A stretch of 64,000 bases of DNA from contig NC_043015.1 of the NCBI RefSeq assembly GCF_006345805.1, positions 37,014,001 to 37,078,000 of the forward strand, read 5' to 3'. How positions within the stretch are numbered: position 1 is the first letter of the stretch; each line of letters begins with the position of its first letter. The notes beneath the pieces are model-generated. The model did no database searches. It worked only from the letters and a program-made list of their open reading frames with translations, and was not told the origin of the DNA. Shown here in pieces: positions 53,803 to 64,000 of the stretch. Position numbers and translations under genes: made by a program. Origin of the DNA: Octopus sinensis (taxonomy: Eukaryota).

Positions 53803-56375
53803 TGAATGTTTGATTTCTTTGGCAACAAAGTCCTTGATGACCGTCGGTTGATTTATGTTCCTGTAACTTAAGTTTCAAATAAGAAATTAGAAATTGTCCA
53901 GACTTAAATAATATTTCCTTGGAAACGATTTGGTCAGCTAAGCACTCCAAATCCAGTTCTCCGTTGTGGGCGCAATCCATTACCTGGGATATGTAAAAAA
54001 AACAAAAATATGAACTCGTATAATCTATCTATAACCGATATTCCTACAAATTCAATAAGTTAGAACAACCCTGGGCACTGTAGTCTAGCCGCAGAAATCA
54101 GGGGTCACAACAGTTTTATTAATATTTATCAATCAAAGCTGTTCTAACTATGCACTGAGTAATCCGAACGACGAGTGTGGATCTTCTGTCCTTTTTGTCG
54201 GCGAACATTCGGTTGTTCGTCCAGATCGGCTACCTACTCCATAAGGAGTTTTACTAACGGTTGAGTATTCCGCACACTGTTATGGCTATAATGTAATTCT
54301 GAAACAGAATAAGCTCGACATATCCGGCCAACGTGTACATTTGAATTACACATATATCCAAACAAGCTTCCATAAATTTCCGTTTGTAGGGTTTAATGAA
54401 AACATAATGATACCAGGTATCACAATTGTATTTGTCGCAAGGCAGTGGCCCTCCCGAGCCATCAAGCGGGCTTCTGCTTAGTTTCCATCTATAACGTTTA
54501 ATGGAACGTAATTAAGATTTCACGCATTGGGATTGAACTTGGTATTTTATTCCTGCTGAGAGAATTTCTAGACCACGTGACCATATCCACGGCGCCAATT
54601 CAATTAACGTGTATCTTGATGAATATCTTTGAAAATACTTGCAACTGCAATTTCAATTTTCAATAATCTTAAATGTTGCTTTTAGATTAATTAATTAGAG
54701 ATCTAGTTAACTAAAGATTACAACTCATTAATTTCTCGGCTATTATTTTAGAGAGGAATCAGCTAGCTTAAATGTTAATTATGCATGTGTGCGTGTATGT
54801 GTGTGTGCGTGTGTGTATGTGTGTGCATGTATCTGTGCATGTCTGTGATTATGCGAGTAAGTGTGCGTATGTATGCATGTTATTTCTGTTCATAAGTGTA
54901 TGTATGCATGTCTTTGTGTACATATGTGTATGTATGCATAGCTTTCTATGCTTGTATGGAAGTGGCGTGAATGTGCATCTTTGTGCTAAACTGTGTCTTC
55001 ATATACATGTGTCTCAGTATACTTATGTGTATATGTGTATCTGTGCCTGCATCGTATATGCGTGTGTGTATGCCTATGTGCATATAGGCATAAAATATTG
55101 TGTACACCTGCGTATCTATGAGTTCATGTATGCGTGTAGATGCACAGGTGTGCGTATGAAAATAATCATTATACTTATAATAAAAAGAAAAATGAATTTC
55201 TTCTCTTCCCGGAAGCATCCTCCTATGGCGGACGATTTATTATGCATCTGACGCATGTTAGGTTGACAGGATTTACAAATAATTGTATTTGCATATAGGT
55301 TAAGTAACGAATATCATCAAAGAAATGTCATCCCTATTACAATATCTTTTGATGGAGAATACCTATGATCAAAGCCATTCACATTATGACCACCCCGCCT
55401 TTATAGCGATTTATAGATCCCCAATGTAGTGGTGAGATGGTCGAGAGCCATGGATAGTGCGTCAGTTATGATGTAACGTTATATAGTTTCTGGCTCCGTA
55501 GTCCCAGAGTTCAGATCCTGGAGAGATGAACCTCATAATTCTTACTTCGCAAGTTGATAATCTCCCGCACACTCCTCCACTCTTTTTTTTCTGCCTTCTT
55601 CTTGCTATAGGCTCTGGCAAATCTCAGTAAACCTTTGCCAACCTATGTAAAATATTATACATTAAATTTATAATTACCAGTTCTTTCATAATTACTTCGG
55701 TAGGAGATCAGTGGTTTAGCAGAAACAAGAGCTTATCAGAAAAATACCTTGTTAAATTCCATTTACTTTTCTGTGAATACTTTCATTATTTCGGGGCTTG
55801 ATACAAAGAAGTACCGGTGATATACCAAGGATACCAGATACGACTAATAACGTCCCTTTGAAACCTTTAGCATCGGGCCTTATAGAGGAACATTTCTAGC
55901 TTTAGCAAGTAAGGTAAAATCACTACTTCGCTGATGGGGTCCAAATAAGGTAGAGTATAAGTCAGAGTGGTTCACCATACGAAAAATAACAAAAAAAAAA
56001 AAAAAGATTTAATATTGATATTCATGGTTTTGGCTTTTATTTCTCAATGTGAATATTTCTCTTAGACATTTATAATTCCTAAATATCTGTTTAGAAAGTT
56101 TTCAATTGTTTTTTAACCAAGATAACCTGACTCTCCATATTTATTGAAGATGACTAATCGATAATAAAATTGATTGGGTGTGTACCGAAATGTATGAATG
56201 AGCATAGTATTCCGTTTCATTTCGTAGTTGAGACGACATTACGAACCCAACGACAGATCGATTTTGTAAAGGAATGACGTACACATTCCCACACACACAT
56301 TTACACTTAAATATATATATACATATATATATATTTATATATATGCATTTATATATTGCTGTAACTTTGCATGTA

Positions 56376-56475
<100 letters not shown>

Positions 56476-57269
56476 AATATATATATATATATGTATATAC
56501 ACATGTGTGTGTGTGTGTTTTCGTGTGTATATAGCAGCATGTATTTCTTTTAAGCAGTCGAAAACTAGACTCGGTATCATCTGCTGGTATTGACATTCCT
56601 TACAATTAAATTATGTAACACAATACAGAGAGGGGAAAAGTGGAAGAGAAGAAGAAAACGAAGAAGTGGAGGAGAAGGAACGAAAGGAGTCTGATGAAGG
56701 ACGAGAAGGTAAATATTCTGGTGGCCATTGTTCACTTATCGATATGGAAGTAAACGATCTTTCAATTTGAGACTTATCATTGGTTTACCTCCATTTTTTG
56801 CACACTTCTATTGTTGATACATAAACACACGCACACACACACATATGTGTGTATAAATGTATATATAGCTGTATATAATGTTACGTATATATGAAAAGAA
56901 TAAAAGATCGTTATTGAGGATTTCTCTGCACCTGTAGACGGATATAAAGCTCAATGCTCGGGATGTTGGTCCGTCGCAGGGCTAACCCTTGTTTTTTCAA
57001 CTGAGTGGACTGGAGCAAAGTGAAATGAATTGTCTTTCTCAAGAACGCATCGCTTCACCCGATCCAGGAATGGAAGCCACATTTTACGATCATCACTCTA
57101 CAACCCTAACCACTAAACCTCACACCTCCATATATGTGTATATATATATATTATATATATATATATATATAGATATATATATATATATATGTATATACAC
57201 ACACATACATATATATATATATGTATATACACACGCACACACACACACACACACACAACACATATATAA

Positions 57270-57304
<35 letters not shown>

Positions 57305-60115
57305 ACGGTGGGGGTGGTCATGTATGATATCTGTTTCAAAGTCACGCAGCTTACCATGGATTTTTGTTTGGTGATGTAGCGGTATTTCTGTGTGTTTGAA
57401 TATGTGTTTGTTGTGTGTATATATTTGCATGTGGGTGTGTGGATGCGTGCAAGTCGAACAAGTAAAATTCTTATGCAGCGTATTTCCTTATTTGCTTTGT
57501 TTTCTTTATTCTTTTATTTCTTTTGTTTGTTTTCGTTTTCTTCTTTCCACCCCTCCCCCACCTACCCCCTTCCTATCATTCTCCACATTACCGCCATTTT
57601 GTTTGCTTCCAGGAGATCATGTAAACAGACCCAGGTTTCCTCGGTGTATTACATTGAAACATTGTTAGTGACTATTAAAAACCGGTTCGCTCTTTCTTCG
57701 TCTACATTCGTGTTCATTATTCATTTATTTACTTGCTTATTTCATTTATTTGTTCCCTGGTTTATGTTTAGTTCCAGTGGAAGAAGTGATGTCAACTTGA
57801 CCTTATTGTCTGCTGAGGCAGAGAAAATAAACCAAAAAAGAGAGAAAATAGAATCCGCTTCTTTCCTTGGCAATTCTAACCGGTTTTCTTTCAGCTTGCT
57901 TGTACCTGAATGTTTGTTTGCAGTTTTGCTATATATTTCGCCTTAAGAACCTGCTGCTGCTGCTCCTACTGCCTCTACTGCTGCTGCTGTTGTTGTAGTT
58001 GTTCTTTTGTGTTTGTGAGCATTTCTTGTTAGTTTTCTCTTTTATTTCACCGATACACGCAAACCGATTTAAACTTGTTATTATTCGGAATATAATTGCC
58101 AGTACGGAGTTCGGATAGGTGAATTAGAGAGGTGCCTACCAAAATAAACAACCTATTTCATCCACTAAATTAATCACACCATTATATTTCATCACGTTAA
58201 TTATATAATTTCTAACTTTAATTTTCACAGTTTCTTCCCCTGTCTCTAATAACACGAAATATTATTTGTACTTTTTATCTTTTTTGCTACGAATATAATT
58301 TTATTTCGTAAAAATATTAACTCATTATATTACATGTGATACTACACACTTAAATACTTGTATCTCGTGTGGATGCGTAAAATTTACTCCAATCATGATT
58401 TTAACTGGTCGCGCCTTCAAGCTGTCGATCTCTCTCACTACTTTACGAACAACCACAAACTAGCGATGGATTAACACTTCTCGAAGATGTATAATCTCTT
58501 GGATCTATATCTGCAGTTTTCACCGATCTTATCAAAGGTTATACCTCCTCTTGATGCTATTTCCTCGAACAATGCATTCAAACCACATCGCACTAAACAT
58601 TGCTGCCCGTTCGTTATCATTTTTATATAACGCGAGGCAACAATGGTGTATCTAGAACAATTATTCGATCTACAGAACATAGAAAACTGCATTAAGTAAG
58701 GAAAGGACACATTGTGCAGGGTATTCTCCGTAATGCAAAAGGACTAAATCATTGTACTTGCCAAGTGCTTTGTAAGGAAGCTGACTTATGTTTAAATGAA
58801 ATCTGACCAAGGTTTAAAAAATTATTGCAAAATTATTCATGGGACTGAAGAACCACAATGGTCATAATTCAAATCTCAAACGAGACAGAACATCGATGCA
58901 TTTTAAATCGCGATTAACTCAGAATATGTTACCTTGTATATTAATTCTCAGAGATATGACCCAATGTGATAGATTATATGGAGCATTTCATATAGTTCAT
59001 TAAATAACGAAGTGACTGAAACTGACAAGTGCTTCAGCCTACAGACCGGGTACCATTCCTTCACTCTGTCATCGTTTACTACACGTCGAGTACGTGGCAT
59101 GGTCGCTAAGGTCTTTTATAGTTATGTATTTGTGAAGATGGCACACGGAACGTTCGAACACGAATTATTCTATGCTGGAATACATTCAGTTCTTAACCAC
59201 ACAGCTCTGCCTTCCCTTTAACGGGTACACAAAGAGGGAAATATTTTAATTTGAAAATCGGCAGCAACGGCAGCAGCACTCTTAAATCAATGACTGTTTT
59301 AAATTGGAATTTATTGATTTCGATCTGAAGCGTAGGAAACAACGATTCTCATCTAAATATAAGAAATGTATTTCGTTACCAGGATGCTTCGGCACACAGA
59401 AATATGAATCAAGGAATATTACGAGTTTTGATTTACACAGCATGACTCTAATAATATTTCGCAATTACGGAAGACGTGTTAATATTCGTTTTCACGGCTG
59501 ATTTTAAGTTTAACCTCATCCTTCATTTTCGTAGCCTGATTTCCCTTTTGCGTTCAATTTAGAAACAGCAATTTATTTATTTATTTATTCATTTATTTAT
59601 TTATTCAATATGCTGAGATCGAATTCTAATAATCCATGAGGAAATGCATAGAATGTAGTCGCAATTCAGTTTTATATCACAAGAGTTCAATCTAATATCA
59701 TTAGTTATTACTGTTCGAATATAAATTAATAATTGATAAATGCATGGTTTATATATATATTTTTTTTTATTTTGGGATTATGATTGATTTTTTGTGTTTG
59801 ATTTTTAATTAATTGTTTTCTTAGATTGTTTATTGGTTTTGGTTTGCAAATTTTGATAGAAATGAAATCGTGAGAAATAAATAAATATATAAAAACTAAT
59901 AAATTAAAAACGGAAACAAAATGGAGCCTATTACGCTATAACAGCCTTAGCTAAACCGCGCTGTGTGTATTTTCGCATTAACACAATGAAAACCAATAAA
60001 CATGGGATAAAATGATGAAAACACAAACACAAAAATAACAACGGCATTCTCAAGATGGTACTCTTGCATTTAATATCTATCTATCTGTCTATCTGTAATA
60101 ACTATCTGTCTATAA

Positions 60116-60182
<67 letters not shown>

Positions 60183-61058
60183 ATATTTATATATATATAA
60201 TATACTATATATATATATCCATATATATATATAGATATATATGTATATATGATATATATATATACATACATATATATGTATATATATATATGTTTGTATG
60301 TATATAATGTATATATATATGTGTGTGTATGCATATATATATACATACATGCATACATACAGATAAGCGAATATAGATATTGATATAGACGTAGAGATAT
60401 GCATAAATGCATACTCATCTGTACATTTATGTATGTATGTACGTATGTATGCATATATGTATGTACGTATGTATGTTCGCATATATGTATGTACGTATGC
60501 ATGTGTGCATATAGAGTTGTTTGTGTCCATGGTATAGCAGCGGTCCACCCATTTTCAACACTAGAAATATTAGAATTTTTTCTTTTAATTCTCTCTAATA
60601 GGAAATAACGAAACAACTCCAAAACGATTACAGGAAACAAATTTTTAATCACATTTAATCTAAAATAATGTTCTTTTATTGTGTCTGCAGCTGTCTTTAA
60701 TAATTCCTCGCAATGTTTCTCCAATGTAATCGAAAACAAAAAGAAGCAATTCTTACAAAGAATAGATGTGTGGAAAATATGTGGAGATGAGTAGATCATC
60801 TGTGCGTTTTTTTAATTTGTTTTCTATTTTGATTTTTTGTTTCTTATCTTTCGATGATCTTTTATTGTTTGTTAGAAAAGCAAGGAATTCTAATTGACGC
60901 TTGTTACATAACTCAAGGTGTTTGTGTTCAATTGGAAAAATTGAACATTTATATTGCAGAACATGGAAAGAAAACACGATGAATATATTTCAAATTCTCG
61001 TTATTTTTATTATTTTTGTTGTTGTAATTTTTGTAGTTGTTGCTCTTAATAATAATAA

Positions 61059-61154
<96 letters not shown>

Positions 61155-61281
61155 TGATAATAATACCGTTATAATTACCAACGTTATAGCATTTATGAAA
61201 ATTCTTACACACCGTTATCATTAATAACATAAGAATTACAATACTACAACTAATATTAAGAAGTTATCATTATCAGTATCA

Positions 61282-61334
<53 letters not shown>

Positions 61335-61364
61335 TATTATATTACTATTATTATTATTATTATT

Positions 61365-63590
61365 CTATGTTTGACTTTTGCTTTATATTTGTACAAGTTG
61401 GCTCCAAGTCTCACCCAGAGACCTCAAGAGACAACAGGTTGGAAGTTCATGTTGTTGTTATGCCTAGTGTGCCATATATTTGGGGGGTGGGGATGTTGTA
61501 CTAATGAATGTCTAAAAAAAAAAGTTTTTTTTTTTTTTTTTTAACCGAAAATTATGGTTGTTTTAAACCTTGAGGTTACATAGAGAGTATTTTGCGTAGG
61601 ATATGAGCAGTTCCCATGAGCACTATCTTTTGAACTTCTGCCATTTTTGGGTTTCCTGGTATCTGAGTTAGGTAGCTATCAGCCCCTTTTGCTATCATTC
61701 CCAGGGCACCTATGACAACAGGTATTGTTTTAGTCTTCAGCTTCCACATTTTGCTGATTTCTATTTCAAGATCTTTATATTTGCTCAGTTTTTGGTAGGT
61801 CCTGACAGATACGTTTATATCGATTGGGACAGTCATATCAATGAGGAGGCATGTTCTTTGTTTGAAGTCTTTCAATATGATGTCTGGCCTATTTGCATCT
61901 ATCTTCCTGTCAGTTTGAATGGTGAAGTTCCAGAGGAGTGAGATGTGGTCATTTTCAAGCATGGGGGTGGTTGTGTCCCACCAGTTTTTTTCATGGGGCA
62001 AATCCAGGGTTTTACAGATTACCAGTGAATATATTGTGCAGCTCTATCGTGCCTGTTGAGATACTCTGTAGGCGCTAGAAGACTGCACTTGGAGACCACA
62101 TGGTCAATGGTTTCATTTTGTTGCTTGCATACACGACACGTTGGACTGCTTCTGATCTTTAATATGTTGGCCTGGTAGTTTCTTGTTGGTAGGCATTGAT
62201 CTGAGCTGCTATGATAAACCCCTCTGTTTCAGATTTTAAGCCAGAGGCCATTAGCCATTGATGGGTCAGGGCTTTGTCGATATCTGCATTATTCGCTCTC
62301 TTTGGGTATTTGCCATAGAGAGGTTTTTCTTGCCATTTATTATTCAGAATATCTAAGGCCGCAGTTTTGGCACGGGTTTTCATGCGCCTAGCTTTTTCTG
62401 TGCTTGTTTCTTGTATGTCTATCTCTAATTCCGAAATTGGTTGTATTCGGAATTCACTTAGATATTCCTTTGCCTGTTTTGTGACTGAGTATGATGCTTT
62501 CTTGTTTTCATGTTTTGAGACAAGTTTTAACATCCAGTCCTCAGAGTTTTTCAGGTAGGTGTCTAGGCCAATTGTAGCAATCTTCATTGTTATTGCCAGT
62601 TGCAAAAGACCACGGCCTCCCTCTTTCTTGGCAGATAGAGTCGTTCTGTATCTGCCTTAGGGTGGTGCATTCTATGCATTGTCAACAGTTTCCTTATTTT
62701 TCTGTCGAGCTGACATATTTCAGTAATTGACCAGTTAACAATATTGAAACTGTAAGTCACGACTGGTATAGCTAATGCATTGATTGCTTCGATCCTGTTT
62801 CTTGCATTCAGCTCTGTCTTGAGTATTGCTCTCACTCTTCGATAGCATTCTCTCCTGATCCTTTCCTTCATCTCTGAATGCCTTATTCCGTTCCCTTCAA
62901 TTACCCCTAGGTACTTGTAGCTCTCCGCTGGGTCTAGTTCTTTTATGACATTCTGTTGGTCAAGGTTAACGTTAGATGTTCTGTCATTTTTCCTTTGATA
63001 AAGGTAGTATTGCCTGCACATTTATCGAGGCCGAATTGCATTCTGATGTCGTCACTGAATTGTTTGACTATCGCTAGTAAGCCCTTGAGTTGTTGATCAT
63101 TTTTTGCAAAAAGCTTTAAATCATCCATGTAAACGAGATGATTATATTTTTATCAACATTTTATACCCGTACTGCGCGTCATTGAGCAGCTTTGAGAGAG
63201 GTATTAAGGATAAAACAAAAGAGGAGTGGTGACAGTGAGTCACCCTGGAAAATGCCACACGAAATTTTTACATCACCAGCATTTAGGGATTCACTCTCAC
63301 TGTTCAGAGTTAGTGTGGTTCTCCATGATCTCATACTTACAGTCAAGAAGTTTCGCAGAGTTGGTGCTATCTTATACATTTCAAGGCATTTCCTAATCCA
63401 GCTATGTGGTAGGCTATCAAAAGCCTTTTTATAGTCTATCCAGGCTATTGATAAGTTTTTGTGTCGTTTGTGACAATCTTCTAAGATCATCTTATTGATG
63501 AGTAGTTGGTCTTTACAGCCGTAGGATCCACGTTTACATCCTTTCTGTTCATTAGGGAATATGCTGCTGTCTGTTTAAAAAAACTATAGG
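61365..63590 (-). mobile_element. 5'-truncated R4/Dong-like non-LTR retrotransposon (RT + CCHC + restriction-like endonuclease) inserted in (TAA)n
   Basis: RT motifs [43 protein letters not shown] and YKYLG; zinc finger CRVCKQQNETIDHVVSKC (~62085-62140); RHD motif; RLE motifs RPDIILKD..IDMTVP..KLSKYKDL..IPVVIGALG. Stop at 61576, ~210-nt 3' UTR, (TTA)n on both flanks. The ORF is split by frameshifts. Confidence 0.95.
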
Positions 63591-63594
63591 ATAT

Positions 63595-63860
63595 TTTTAT
63601 TATTATTATTATATTATTATTATTATTATTTTATTATTATTATTATTATTATTGTATTTTATTATTATTACTATTATTATTATTATTATTATATATTTTA
63701 TTACTATTATTATTATTATTATTATTATTACTATTATTATATTATTATCATTATTATTATTTTATTATATTATTTATATATTATTATTCATTATATTATT
63801 ATTATTATTATTATTACTATTATTATTTTATTATTATTAAAATTATATATTATTATTATT

Positions 63861-63893
<33 letters not shown>

Positions 63894-63915
63894 TTAATAT
63901 TATTATTATTTACTA

Positions 63916-63950
<35 letters not shown>

Positions 63951-64000
63951 TATTATTATTATTATTATTATTAATATATTATTACTATAATATTTTATTA
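63595..64000. repeat. Long degenerate (TTA)n microsatellite
   Basis: Directly visible; runs to the window end. Confidence 0.95.

Overview
AT-rich, microsatellite-saturated animal DNA, either intergenic or a large intron. The repeat families and composition suggest a coleoid cephalopod, probably Octopus (inference from recall, not a search). No intact host protein-coding gene, rRNA or true tRNA is supported, and most ORFs in the track are read-throughs of (TA)n, (CA)n, (TATC)n or (TAA)n. The recognisable content is mobile DNA: a young 5'-truncated R4/Dong-like RT-RLE retrotransposon in a (TAA)n tract (61365-63590), two short copies of it inside a ~865-bp tandem duplication, an older Dong-like RT remnant, Tx1/L1-like remnants, an RTE-like remnant, Helentron- and Helitron-like ends, and many tRNA-derived SINEs. 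The most notable signal is a set of hammerhead-ribozyme-like motifs, read by eye, in at least three apparently unrelated short repeat types. Most have a palindromic, nearly loop-less stem III of the Penelope/retrozyme type. One is fused behind a tRNA-like Pol III head and flanked by a 13-bp direct repeat, one lies between 52-bp inverted repeats, and two have long 12-14-bp stem II helices. Catalytic activity is untested.
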